Below are positions 32,565 to 43,068 of a stretch of 64,000 bases of DNA, piece after piece (the first letter of the stretch is position 1; every line of letters begins with the position of its first letter). A program made the translations under genes and the position numbers. Origin of the DNA: an uncultured Chloroflexia bacterium (GTDB lineage: Bacteria; Chloroflexota; Ktedonobacteria; Ktedonobacterales; JADMIN01). The stretch is taken from assembly GCA_963702665.1 (NCBI GenBank), contig CAVPDP010000016.1, forward strand, positions 735 through 64,734. The letters run 5' to 3'. Under the pieces are notes generated by a model, which saw only the letters and a program-made list of their open reading frames with translations, did no database searches and was not told the origin of the DNA.

Positions 32565-33854
32565 ATGAGCGCTCATCTGCCAGAAGATTCCAACATCGCC
32601 AGCGCCGCGACACAGAAACGCTCGCGCAACGCCATCCTGATGGTGGCGCTGGTCGTGCTGGTTGATATCACCGGGTTTGGCCTGATTCTGCCGCTGCTGC
32701 CCTTCTGGGCGGAAAAGCTCGGCGCCAATCCCTTCGAGGTTGGCCTGATTCTCACCGTCTATGCGCTGGCGCAGTTCCTGTTTACGCCGGTGCTCGGCAT
32801 GCTTTCCGACCGCTTCGGGCGGCGTCCGGTCATTCTGGTCTCGCTGCTCATCGAGGCGCTGGGGTTCGCGCTGACGGCGCTGGCGGGCACGCTGCCGCTG
32901 CTCCTGGTGGCGCGCTTCGTCGGTGGCCTGGGCGCGTCGAATATCGGCTCGGCGCAGGCGGTGGTGGCCGATGTCACCGCGCCCAAAGATCGCGCGCGCG
33001 GCATGGGTATGGTCGGCGCGGCGATTGGCGTTGGCTTCGTCGTTGGCCCGGCGTTCGGTGGGGTGCTGGCCAGCTTTGGCAGCACGGTGCCCTTCTGGGC
33101 GGCGTTCGGTGTCGCGCTGGTGAATGCGGCGCTGGTGTTGTGGCTGCTGCCAGAGACGCGTGGCCAGCGTGCGGCGTCCGCCCAACCCGCAAAGCGGTTC
33201 GCCCTCTTCGCTGGCTGGCAGCGGGCGCTCCGGACACCAGCCATCGCGCGGCTGATCGTCGTCAATCTGTTCTTTACGCTCGCATTCACGGCGATGGAGG
33301 CGGTCTTCCCGCTGTTTACGCAGCGCGTCTTTGGCTGGCAGGCGACGCAGAATGGCTACCTCTTCACCTATGTTGGGGTCATCATTGTCATCATGCAGGG
33401 CGGCCTGGTTGGCCAGTTGGTCAGGCGCTTTGGTGAGCGTGGTGTCCAGATTGCCGGGCTGGCGCTGCTGGCCGTTGGTCTGGCGCTGCTGCCCTTCAGC
33501 GGGACACTGGCCGTCATGTTGGTGGCGCTGGCGCTCTTGAGCATCGGCGACGGCGCGGTGACGCCGACCAACAACGCGCTGCTCTCGCTGGCGGCCCCCG
33601 CCGATGCGCAGGGCGAGACGCTGGGGCTATCGCAGGGCATGGCTGGCCTGGGCCGGATGGTTGGGCCGCTGCTCGCTGGCTGGCTCTTTGGCGTCGGGAT
33701 CGGCCTGCCGTTCTTCGTCGCCGCCGCGCTGGCGTTGGTGGCGCTCCTGGTGGCGCTACCGCGCATCGCGATGCCATCCCATGCGGACGCACAGCAGGCG
33801 AGCATGATACAATCGGTGGAATCGCCTGAGATGGCTTCCTCGCCATCCCGTTAA
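32565..33854 (+). CDS. MFS efflux transporter (TetA/DHA1-like)
   Basis: GMLSDRFGRRPV motif A and GFVVGPAFGG motif C; about 12 TM segments. Confidence 0.93.
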   Translation: MSAHLPEDSNIASAATQKRSRNAILMVALVVLVDITGFGLILPLLPFWAEKLGANPFEVGLILTVYALAQFLFTPVLGMLSDRFGRRPVILVSLLIEALGFALTALAGTLPLLLVARFVGGLGASNIGSAQAVVADVTAPKDRARGMGMVGAAIGVGFVVGPAFGGVLASFGSTVPFWAAFGVALVNAALVLWLLPETRGQRAASAQPAKRFALFAGWQRALRTPAIARLIVVNLFFTLAFTAMEAVFPLFTQRVFGWQATQNGYLFTYVGVIIVIMQGGLVGQLVRRFGERGVQIAGLALLAVGLALLPFSGTLAVMLVALALLSIGDGAVTPTNNALLSLAAPADAQGETLGLSQGMAGLGRMVGPLLAGWLFGVGIGLPFFVAAALALVALLVALPRIAMPSHADAQQASMIQSVESPEMASSPSR

Positions 33855-33925
33855 GCATCGTTTCTCAGCCAGGTATCTGGTGATCGCATAGTTGAACACT
33901 CTGCTGTTCAGAAGGAGATATCACA

Positions 33926-34318
33926 ATGGTTGCGACGGTAGCGTCCTGGGTGGTGCGCCTGGGTGGTCTGGTGATGATCGTGCTTGGCCTGCTGTTCTGG
34001 ACGGGCCACGCGCTGACACTGGTGAATGCGCATATGACACTCGGTCTGCTGGTGGTGCTGGCGCTCTGGGTGCTGGCGGGAATCGCGCTGCAACGGGGCG
34101 TGAGTGTTGGCCTGGTGATTGGCGCGTTCGTGCTGGGTATCGTGGTGATTGGCTTTGGCATGTCACAGACATCGCTGATGTCAGGATCCACCCGTGCGGT
34201 GGTCGAGATCATCAGGGTGGTTCATCTGCTGCTTGGCCTGGCGCTGATTAGCTTCGGCGAGATCATCGGCGGGCGGCTGCGGCGGCTGGGCCAGGGAAGC
34301 AAGCCCGTCGTCGCGTAA
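33926..34318 (+). CDS. 4-TM membrane protein (paralog of 49767-50189)
   Basis: LGLLFW...HMxLG...VVHLLL; AAGGAG RBS. Confidence 0.8.
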   Translation: MVATVASWVVRLGGLVMIVLGLLFWTGHALTLVNAHMTLGLLVVLALWVLAGIALQRGVSVGLVIGAFVLGIVVIGFGMSQTSLMSGSTRAVVEIIRVVHLLLGLALISFGEIIGGRLRRLGQGSKPVVA

Positions 34319-34342
34319 AATCGCACACACTCGTTGTCCATT

Positions 34343-34383
34343 GGGACGCTGGAGGCATCGCGCTTCCGGCGTCCCGTTTTTTT
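34343..34383 (+). terminator. Intrinsic terminator
   Basis: GGGACGCTGGAG...TTCCGGCGTCCC followed by a T7 run. Confidence 0.8.
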
Positions 34384-34460
34384 GTGGCGCCGCTCTACGT
34401 TTTCACGAGGCTCAAGATTCGTTAGTCATTCATAATGATTCTTAGATATTAGTGATACAC

Positions 34461-34490
34461 TTGCAAATACTCAGTGGCATCTGCTATACT
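34461..34490 (+). promoter_or_regulatory. Sigma70-like promoter
   Basis: TTGCAA-N18-TATACT with extended -10 TG. Confidence 0.55.
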
Positions 34491-34560
34491 GATGTGGGCG
34501 CTTGGTATACTTACGATGACCGCGATGAGCGGAACGTCGAAAGTGTGAAGGCGCACGATA

Positions 34561-34785
34561 ATGGCAGAGAAGATGCGCGGGCTTCCCTTGCCTTACCTGA
34601 AGGCATGGCGAATCAAGAAATTCATCGGGCAAAGTGAATTAGCGGATATGGCGAGGATGGGGCGGGCCACGGTGACACGCGCTGAGCGCGGGGATGAAGT
34701 GGTGAGTTTCGCGAATATCCGCAAGTTAGCGGAGGCATTGGGGATCAGTCCTGACCAGTTGTTGAAGGCGCCAGATGGAGAGTAG
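34561..34785 (+). CDS. XRE family HTH protein
   Basis: LKAWR...QSELADMA...TVTRAERG...KLAEALGI. Confidence 0.88.
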   Translation: MAEKMRGLPLPYLKAWRIKKFIGQSELADMARMGRATVTRAERGDEVVSFANIRKLAEALGISPDQLLKAPDGE

Positions 34786-34788
34786 AGC

Positions 34789-35692
34789 ATGAGCGACCAG
34801 CAGAACCAGGAAACCACCAGCAGCCCATTCGAGACAATCCGGCACACGACAGACGAGGGAGCAGAGTATTGGAGCGCCCGCGAGTTGGCCGAGGTACTCG
34901 GCTACAGCCGAGTTGGCCAGACTTTTACCCACCGTCAATCGACGCGAAAAAGGCCTGCGAGGGCAGTGGACAAGCCGTCTCAGACCATTTTCTGGAGACG
35001 CGGCAAATGGTCACCTTGGCTCTGGTTCCCAACGCGCGGTAGAAGATTTCCACCTCTCGCGCTACGCCTGCTATCTGGTCGTGCAGAACGCCGACCCCAG
35101 CAAGCCGATTGTAGCGCTGGGGCAGACCTATTTCGCCGTCAGAACGCGCGAGGCGGAACTGGCCGAAGAAGCCGTCTTGCAGGGCTTGAGCGAAGATCAG
35201 CTACGTCTCTACGTGCGCAATCAACTGACCAGCTATAACAAGCAACTTGCCGAGGCAGCCTACGCCGCTGGCGTCCCCAGCAATGGCTTCGCCGCATTCC
35301 AGGATCACGGCTACCGTGGCTTATACGCCGGAGAAACGGCCCGCGACATCGCAGCACGCAAGGATCTGGCGAAGGGCCAGCACATCCTGGACTGGATGAA
35401 TTCCGACGAACTCGCCGCCAACCTTTTCCGCGCATCGCTCACCGAGCAGAAGCTGCGCAACGACCCAACCATCGCCGACAAAGCGGCGGCCAGCCGCGCG
35501 CATCACGAGGTAGGCGCAGCCGTCCGGGGTGTCATCATCGAGCAGGGTGGCACGCCGCCAGAGCAGCTACCCACGCCAGAGCAGTCCATTCAACAGCTTC
35601 AGCGGCACGAGCAAAAGCGTATCGAGGCGGGACGTCAGGCAACGCTCCAGCCGCCGCTGTTCCCACCGCCTACGCCAGCCAGCGACAAGTGA
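34789..35692 (+). CDS. dinD: DNA damage-inducible protein D family (frameshifted)
   Basis: [47 protein letters not shown] and [16 protein letters not shown]. Confidence 0.88.
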
Positions 35693-35798
35693 CGTTTGAC
35701 GCTGTGAACCCTGGCGCTCGATATCTCCCGCGCCCTATCAGATTTCCGCTGATTTCCCAGGTGAATAGCATGCTAGACTGGCGGCAAGGAGGTCGCCC

Positions 35799-37627
35799 AT
35801 GCCAGACGTTACGTTGCCACCTCGCGACGAGATTCCCATCGAGCAAACCTGGGATCTCGCCAGCGTCTACCCGTCGGATGAGCGCCTGGGAGGCTGCCGC
35901 TCGTGAGGCGCTGGCCGCTGTTCCCACGCTGACCCAGTGGCGGCGACAGCTTGCCACAGCGCCCGCCGTGCTGCTGGAGGCGCTGCGTGCCCGCGACCAC
36001 TGGGTCACTGTGGGCTGGCGACTGCGCCAGTACGCCAATATGCAGGTGAAGGCCGACGCCACCGACACCGACGCCAATGAGCGGCTGCAGCGCGCCAACA
36101 ATGTCCGCGCCCGCATCAACGCCGCGCTCGCCTGGATGGAGCCGGAGCTATGCGCGCTAGAGCAGCCGCGCCTGGATGAGCTGCTGGCCGCCTCGCCCGA
36201 TCTGGCCGCCTATACGCACGCGTTGGAGGCGCTCCGCAGCCGACGGCGAACCACTGCGCCGCCGGAACTAGCTGGCGGAGATCGAATCGCTCGCCGACAC
36301 GTTCTACGTCACGTATAAGACGCTGGTATCGAGCGAGATGCGTTTCGCCAGCCCGCGTGATAGCCAGGGCAACGCCCACCCGCTGACGACCGCCACGTTT
36401 CACGCGCTCATGCGCCAGCCCGACCGCACGCTGCGCCAGGCGACATATGAGGCGTATGCCGACGGCTTTGGCGCGCTGAGCCAGACCTGCGCTAACCTGC
36501 TGGCGGGCGCCTTCAGCGGGCAATCGACATTGGCGACGGCTCGCGGCTATAGCAGCGCGCTCGATGCGGCGCTCGACGCGACCGGGCTGCTGCGTACCGG
36601 CGATGAGCCGGGCGTCTTTGCGACGCTGCTCGAAACCTGCCAGCGCCACGTGCCCCTATGGCATCGCTACTACGATCTGCGGCGGCGCGCGCTTGGGCTG
36701 GAGACGCTGCGCCCGTGGGATATGGATGTCTCGCTGGCCGCCGCTGCGCCCCAGGTCAGCTACGACGAGGCGCGGACGACGATTCTGGCGGCGGTTGCCC
36801 CGCTCGGCGACGACTACTGGCGACATTGCGGCGCGGTCTCTACGAGGAGCGCTGGGTAGACTGGGCGACGAATGTGGGCAAGCTGGCGGGCGCGGAGCAG
36901 AGCGGCTGCTGGGGCACACATCCGTTCGTGCTGCTGAGTTGGGATGCGTCGGTCATCAGCATGAGCGCACTGGCGCACGAGTTGGGCCACGCGATGCACA
37001 TGTATTCCACCTGGCGCGATCAACTGCCAATCTATGATGACGTGGTGGACTACCTGAGCCGAGACAGCCTCCACCTTCCACCAGGCGCTGCTGCGCGCCC
37101 ACCTCTTGCGCACGTCAAGCGATCCCGCGCTGCGGCGGGCGGTGCTCTCGGAGGCGCTGACCTACTACGAGCGCTACCTGCTCATCATGCCGCTGCTGGC
37201 GCGCTTCGAGATGGAGGGCCACCAGCGCAGCGAACAGGGCCAGTCGCTCGGCGTGCGCTGGCTCTCCGCCCGCATGCTGGAACTGCTGCGCGAGGCATAC
37301 GGCCCGGCAGTCACGCTCGACGATACAGACGCGGCGCGCGCGGGGCTGTTGTGGGCGCAGATGCCGCATCTCTATCTCAATTTTTACACCCACCAGTATA
37401 CGCTGGGGCTGGCGTCGGCCAATCTGCTGGCGGACGCCGTACTGCGCGAGGGTGAGCCAGCGGCGGCGCGCTATCGTCGGCTCATCAGCCTGGGGTCATC
37501 GGTCTATCCGCTCGATGCGCTGGCCGAGGCGGGCGTTGATCTCACCACGCCGGAGCCGCTAGAGCGCGCCTTCGCCACACTGGCATCCCTGCTGGACGAA
37601 CTGGAAGCGGCGATAGAGGCAGGATAA
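35799..37627 (+). CDS. pepF: Oligoendopeptidase F (M3B) (several frameshifts)
   Basis: TWDLASVY N-terminus, LAHELGHAMH zinc motif, PHLYLNFY. Confidence 0.88.
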
Positions 37628-37725
37628 TATGAGGTAGGCGCAGACTGACGCGCATCGCTTGCCTATTCTGATATGGTACAATTCGCGAGACATACGACCA
37701 TAGCACGCAATGGAGGAAACCCTGT

Positions 37726-37968
37726 ATGGCAGCGCCCTCGCGACATGACCCTGAACTCGAAGCGCTGCTCCGCGAAGGGGCGGCGGAGATCGTTACTCTG
37801 AACCCCCATATTGGCGCTCCACCACCGGCCTATACAGACGAGGAGTGCGCCGCCATCGTGCGCGACGATGAGGAGCTAGACGCCCTCTGGAACTCGCCAG
37901 AAGGCCAGCGCGCTCAATCTCTTGGCTATTCGGCGTCAGATGCGGTTGACGAGGATCGCGGCGAGTAG
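37726..37968 (+). CDS. Putative antitoxin
   Basis: Small acidic ORF ending SASDAVDEDRGE, directly upstream of a PIN toxin. Confidence 0.7.
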   Translation: MAAPSRHDPELEALLREGAAEIVTLNPHIGAPPPAYTDEECAAIVRDDEELDALWNSPEGQRAQSLGYSASDAVDEDRGE

Positions 37969-37987
37969 AGGAAGCAGCGAATAGCGA

Positions 37988-38488
37988 ATGCCGAGCTATT
38001 TCTTTGACTCAAGCGCCATCGTCAAGCGCTATCATCAGGAGCCAGGGAGCCTTTGGGTTCGCTCCGTCTGTGATCCTCGTACTCGGCCTTTGCTGTATCT
38101 TGCCCAACTTGCCCAGGTTGAGGTCGTGGCGGCCTTGCGCAGAACTGGACGCCGCGAAGGTCTGCATCCAGCATTTGTTGATTCTCTCGTCAACCTTTTT
38201 GAGCGGCAACTTGTACTCAGCGATCCCACGCGGCCAGCGCCTGTGTATCGTCTCATCCCACTGTCAAGCAGCGTGCTTACACTGGCGACACGTCTGTGCA
38301 ATCGTTACTGGGACGTTCATCCTCATCCCCTCCGAAGTTTAGATGCGATCCAGCTATCAGCAGCGCTTCTCACAGCAGCCGCCATCGCGGATGAACTCGT
38401 CCTTGTAACCGCTGATGTTCGCCTCGCAGCGATTGCTCCTTTGGAGGGCTTGCAGGTCATCAACCCTTTGTCTCCGCCGCATGTGTAG
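37988..38488 (+). CDS. vapC: PIN-domain toxin (VapC family)
   Basis: YFFDSSAIVKRY, VEV, LRSLDAIQL and VTAD. Confidence 0.9.
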   Translation: MPSYFFDSSAIVKRYHQEPGSLWVRSVCDPRTRPLLYLAQLAQVEVVAALRRTGRREGLHPAFVDSLVNLFERQLVLSDPTRPAPVYRLIPLSSSVLTLATRLCNRYWDVHPHPLRSLDAIQLSAALLTAAAIADELVLVTADVRLAAIAPLEGLQVINPLSPPHV

Positions 38489-38490
38489 GC

Positions 38491-38557
38491 AGCGCGCATT
38501 TGCCACGCTGGCGGCATGCTGGACGAGTTGCAGGCGGTGGTAGAGGCAGTTCACTGA
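38491..38557 (+). pseudogene. Stranded, diverged copy of the pepF 3' end
   Basis: About 47/60 nt match to 37563-37622 by manual alignment; reads [19 protein letters not shown]. Confidence 0.8.
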
Positions 38558-39240
38558 TACCGCGCTGGGTCAGCCAGGCCCGCCTCGGCGAATCCCTTGA
38601 GCCGCAGCAGGCAGGCGTCACAGTGGCCGCACGCCTCACCCGCTGGCGAGGGATCGTAGCAGGTCAGCGTCATGCTGTAGTCGACGCCCAGCGCCAGCCC
38701 ACGCGCGATAATCTGCGCCTTGGTCAGCTCGATCAGCGGCGTGTGAATCGTCAGGCGCTGCTGTCCCTCGACGCCTGCCCTGGTGGCGAGGTTGGCCATG
38801 CGCTCGTAGGCGGCGATGTATTCCGGGCGGCAATCGGGATAGCCCGAGTAATCGAGCGAATTGACCCCCAGGAAGATATCGCTGGCGCCAAGCGTCTCGG
38901 CCCAGGCCAGCGCGAACGAGAGGAAGATGGTGTTGCGCGCGGGCACGTAGGTGATGGGGATGCCCTCGCCCATCGCGTCGAGCGGGCGGTCTTTCGGCAC
39001 GGCGATATCGCTGGTGAGCGCGGAGCCGCCGAAGGCGCGCAGATCGATATCGCTGATGACATGCCGCGCCACGCCAAAGCGTTCGGCGATGCGCGTTGCC
39101 GCCGCAAGCTCGGCGCTGTGTCGCTGGCCATAGCGAAACGAGAGCGCGTAGACCTCGAAGCCCTCCTGCTGCGCGATAGCGAGCGTCGTCGTCGAATCCA
39201 GCCCGCCGCTGAGCAACACAACCGCTTTTGGCGCACCCAT
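38551..39240 (-). CDS. queC: 7-cyano-7-deazaguanine synthase
   Basis: [21 protein letters not shown] and C..CGHCDAC. Confidence 0.96.
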   Translation of the reverse strand: MGAPKAVVLLSGGLDSTTTLAIAQQEGFEVYALSFRYGQRHSAELAAATRIAERFGVARHVISDIDLRAFGGSALTSDIAVPKDRPLDAMGEGIPITYVPARNTIFLSFALAWAETLGASDIFLGVNSLDYSGYPDCRPEYIAAYERMANLATRAGVEGQQRLTIHTPLIELTKAQIIARGLALGVDYSMTLTCYDPSPAGEACGHCDACLLRLKGFAEAGLADPARYQ

Positions 39241-39288
39241 ATCGTGCGTGGCTCCCTCAATGCTCTATCGGCGAAACGTTCTCTGGCT

Positions 39289-39354
39289 AGCCCGCGCAGG
39301 CGGGCTCTGTGGCGCAGCCCGCGCATCCCGTAGGCGCGGCTTCAGCCGCCAGCC
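39289..39354. repeat. REP family 1
   Basis: AGCCCGCGCAGGCGGGCT...GTAGGCGCGGCTTCAGCCGCCAGCC. Confidence 0.8.
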
Positions 39355-39758
39355 TCTTCGCCGTCCAAATCCTCGTCATCCATCTGCCCCGTATACGGCC
39401 CGCCGATGCCCTGGTGCAGCACCCGCAGCCCCAGCAACGCGCACCGTTGCCGCGCCGGGCCAATGGGCACGCCGAGCATCTCCAGGATATCTTGCGGGGT
39501 GATGGCGCGCAGTTCTTCGAGGGTCGCCCCTTCGATGCGCTCCGTGAGCATCGAGGCCGACGCCTGGCTGATGGCGCAGCCACGCCCACTAAAGCGCACC
39601 TCGCCCACCCGGTCATCCGCGACCAGCAGATCGATCTCGATGCGGTCGCCACACAGCGGGTTGGTATCCGCCGCCGCGATGGTGGGATTTTCGAGGTGGC
39701 CATGATTGCGCGGCTCGCGATAGTGGTCGAGAATATATTCGCGATACATATCATCCAT
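39342..39758 (-). CDS. sufU: Fe-S cluster assembly protein SufU/IscU-like
   Basis: YREYILDHY, NPLCGD, GCAISQASAS and RCALL. Confidence 0.9.
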   Translation of the reverse strand: MDDMYREYILDHYREPRNHGHLENPTIAAADTNPLCGDRIEIDLLVADDRVGEVRFSGRGCAISQASASMLTERIEGATLEELRAITPQDILEMLGVPIGPARQRCALLGLRVLHQGIGGPYTGQMDDEDLDGEEAGG

Positions 39759-39821
39759 AGAGCAAGTTCTCTCCCAGGCTGCCCAGACGTGTCGACTCTT
39801 GGCTCATATCTCGTCTGGATT

Positions 39822-39885
39822 GAGCCTGCGCAGGCAGGCTTTGCGGCGCCCACGCGTCCCTTAGGCGCGGCTTCAGCCGCCAGCC
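39822..39885. repeat. REP family 1
   Basis: AGCCTGCGCAGGCAGGCT...TAGGCGCGGCTTCAGCCGCCAGCC. Confidence 0.8.
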
Positions 39886-39926
39886 AACCGGGCGCCTGCT
39901 ATCCCTCGCCGCCAGCCGCCAGCCAC

Positions 39927-41208
39927 CTACAGCGCAAAGATGCCGTGCGCCTTCACCAGCGCCTCCGCCAGCGCATCGACCTCCGACGACATCGAATAGA
40001 CATAGAAACTGGCGCGCGCCGTCGCCGGAACGCAGTACCGATCCATCAGCGGCTGGGCGCAGTGGTGGCCCGCGCGCACAGCGATCCCCTCGCGGTCGAG
40101 CAGCGTGGCCAGGTCGTGCGCGTGAATATCGCCCATCGTGAACGAGATCGCGCCGCCACGCGCGTCGGCCCCCGGCCCCAACAAGCGAATCTCAGGGACA
40201 CTCGCCAGCCGCTCCAGCGCATACGCGGTGAGCGCGTGTTCGTGCGCCCGCACCCGCTCCATCCCCAGCGCCGAGAGATAGGCTACCGCCGCGCCGAGGC
40301 CGACCGCCTCGATAATCGCCGGGGTGCCCGCCTCGAACTTCTGCGGCAGATCGGCCCAGGTCGAGCCAGTCAGCTTCACCTCGCGGATCATACTGCCACC
40401 GCCGAGGAATGGCGGCATCGCCTCCAGTAGTTCGCGCCGTCCCCACAAGACGCCGATGCCCGTCGGCCCCAGCATCTTATGGCCGCTAAACGCCAGGAAG
40501 TCGCAGTCGAGCGCGCGCACATCCACCGGCAGATGCGGCACACTCTGGGCGGCGTCCAACAGCACCAGCGCGCCGATGGCATGCGCCTTGGCGATCATCT
40601 CTTTGACGGGCGGCAGTGTGCCCAGCACGTTCGACATCTGCGTGACGGCGACCAGCCGTGGCTTCGTCGTCTCCAGCAGGCGCTCATACGCCGCCTGATC
40701 CAGTTCGCCCTCATCCGTCAGCGGCACATACTCCACGCGCGCGCCAGTGCGTTCTGCCGCGAGCTGCCACGGCACGATGTTGCTGTGATGCTCCATCTCG
40801 GTGGTGAGCATGGTATCGCCGGGTCGCAGATTGGCGTCGGCCCAGGTGCGCGCGACCAGATTGATGCTCTCGGTGGTGTTGCGGGTGAAGATCACCTCAC
40901 GCACACTGTAGGCGTTGATGAAGCGGGCCACCTGCTTGCGCGCGCGTTCATAGGCGCTGGTCGCCTCTTCGGCCAGGGTATAGGCGCCACGATGGGTGTT
41001 GGAATAGGAGGTACGGGCGAAGGCTATCCATGGCGTCGAGCACCTGGACCGGTTTCTGCGCCGAGGCGGCGCTATCGAGGTAGATGAGGGGTTTGCCATT
41101 GACCTCGCGCGCCAGAATCGGGAAATCCGCGCGGGGAGCCAGCGACGGAATGCCGCCGGGGCTGACATCGGCCGTCGCCACGCTGAAGACTCCAGACTGG
41201 TCACTCAT
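39927..41208 (-). CDS. sufS: Cysteine desulfurase (frameshift near 41020)
   Basis: [22 protein letters not shown] and RAGHHCAQP. Confidence 0.94.
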
Positions 41209-41360
41209 GACACATTCTCCCTTCATCCAACGGGACACCTACCAATGTACTTGCCCATGCCTCGGCTCAGAGACGATATTCTCTAATCGTCGACGAGGCC
41301 GGAAGTCTCCTCCCGGCCCCGCGTATAGTCTGTAATAATCGATAACCATTGGCGCGCAGG

Positions 41361-42227
41361 CTATTTCGTCGGCGTCAGCGCTTCTTCTTCATCGCTCTCG
41401 CCCGTCAGCCACTCATAGCCCTTCTGCTCCAGTTCGAGCGCGAGGTCAGCCTCGCCGGTGCGAATGATCTGTCCCTTATACATCACGTGGACGATATCCG
41501 GGTGAATGTAGTTGAGCAGCCGCTGATAGTGGGTGATGAGCAGTACGCCAACATTCGGGCCGCGTAGCGCGTTGACGCCCTCAGAGACGATACGTAGCGC
41601 GTCGATGTCGAGGCCAGAGTCGGTCTCGTCGAGCACCGCCATCCTGGGTTCGAGCATCGCCATCTGCAGAATCTCGGCGCGCTTCTTCTCGCCGCCAGAG
41701 AAGCCCTCGTTGATGTAGCGGTTGACGAAGGTGTTATCCACCCGCAGCAGCTTCATCTTCTCGTTGAGCAGCTTGCGGAACTCGGCGGGCGGTATACCCT
41801 TGCGCTTCGGCGCTTCGCCGCTCGGCACGGCTGACGCGTTCGGGTCGTAGCCATCGCGTTTGGCTTCGAGCGCGCGGCGCAGGAAGTTGCCAACCGTGAC
41901 GCCCGGCACACTCGAAGGATACTGGAAGGCGAGGAAGAGGCCCAGGCGGGCGCGCTTATCGGGCGATAGCTCCAGCAGATTGATGCCATTGAAGTGAATC
42001 TCGCCCTGCGTCACGACATACCGGGGGTGGCCCATGATGACATTCGCCAGCGTGCTCTTGCCAGAGCCGTTGGGACCCATCAGCGCGTGCGTCTCGCCCT
42101 GGCGAACCGTCAGGTTGACACCACGCAGAATCTCTTTGTCGTCGATGCGGGCGTGTAGATCGCGAATTTCCAGTTCAACAGGCGCGACTGCGGGCTGCTG
42201 CGCCGGGGTGGCTTGCTCTGTCTCCAT
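41361..42227 (-). CDS. sufC: Fe-S cluster assembly ATPase
   Basis: [28 protein letters not shown] and [13 protein letters not shown]. Confidence 0.95.
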   Translation of the reverse strand: METEQATPAQQPAVAPVELEIRDLHARIDDKEILRGVNLTVRQGETHALMGPNGSGKSTLANVIMGHPRYVVTQGEIHFNGINLLELSPDKRARLGLFLAFQYPSSVPGVTVGNFLRRALEAKRDGYDPNASAVPSGEAPKRKGIPPAEFRKLLNEKMKLLRVDNTFVNRYINEGFSGGEKKRAEILQMAMLEPRMAVLDETDSGLDIDALRIVSEGVNALRGPNVGVLLITHYQRLLNYIHPDIVHVMYKGQIIRTGEADLALELEQKGYEWLTGESDEEEALTPTK

Positions 42228-42311
42228 GATTGGGAACGACTCCTCTTAAAAACCTGGTCTCTATAGCATTCTGGTCATCAGGTCACTGTGTCATCGCTGG
42301 CAATGACGCCT

Positions 42312-42833
42312 TCATCCGTGCCCGGCGGTACCGAGCGCCGTGCTCCTGGGCAGGCGTGGCGAGAGCGCGATCAGGCGTGTGCCATCGGGCGCGCGGCCAG
42401 CGCGCTCTTGCTCATGCGCGCGCACCAGATCGGCCAGAGTCACCGCCTCGAGTGTGGCGGTCACGGCGTCGCGCACCTGCGCCCAAAGAAACTTGGTCGA
42501 GCAGCCATCCAGGCGATCACAGATCACCTCCATCTCACCCTCTGTCGCGCAGATCATCGGTGCGATGGGGCCTTCGAGCGCCCGCAGAACCTCACTCATA
42601 CGCATCTCTTCGGGCGCCCGCGCCAGCCGATAGCCGCCATGCGCGCCACGGGTCGATTCGACCAGATTGTGTTCGCGCAGTGCGCGTACCAACTGCTCCA
42701 GATACTGAACTTTCAGCTCAAGCCCTTCGGACTGGCTAATCTCGCTCAGTGAGCGGGGAGTGCCGCCATAGTGTCGCGCCAGGTCTACCATCAGGCGCAC
42801 GCCGTACTCCCCGCGAGTAGAAACTCGCAACAT
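42312..42833 (-). CDS. Rrf2 family regulator (IscR-like, 3 Cys)
   Basis: STRGEYG, YLEQL, STRGAHGGY and C-x9-C-x5-C. Confidence 0.92.
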   Translation of the reverse strand: MLRVSTRGEYGVRLMVDLARHYGGTPRSLSEISQSEGLELKVQYLEQLVRALREHNLVESTRGAHGGYRLARAPEEMRMSEVLRALEGPIAPMICATEGEMEVICDRLDGCSTKFLWAQVRDAVTATLEAVTLADLVRAHEQERAGRAPDGTRLIALSPRLPRSTALGTAGHG

Positions 42834-42852
42834 CAGGGCGGCCTCCTCGCCT

Positions 42853-42876
42853 ATTCCGACTGAATCACTCGGATAT
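42853..42876. promoter_or_regulatory. IscR type-1-like operator
   Basis: ATTCCGACTGAATCACTCGGATAT, an inverted repeat just upstream of the rrf2 RBS. Confidence 0.65.
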
Positions 42877-43068
42877 ACTATAGCATCAGGCGCAGAGAGG
42901 CGTCAAGCGCCGTATGGCTGGTGCGCTGGATCGATGGCGTTCTGGTCTCTGGACAATTCCTGTATACTTTTGGCGACGCCTCGTGACACACGCGGATGAA
43001 GGCTGATGAGGCGGATGGAGGCAGACGCAGGAAGAGAATGAGGAGAATGAGGAGGGGCGATAGCGGGT

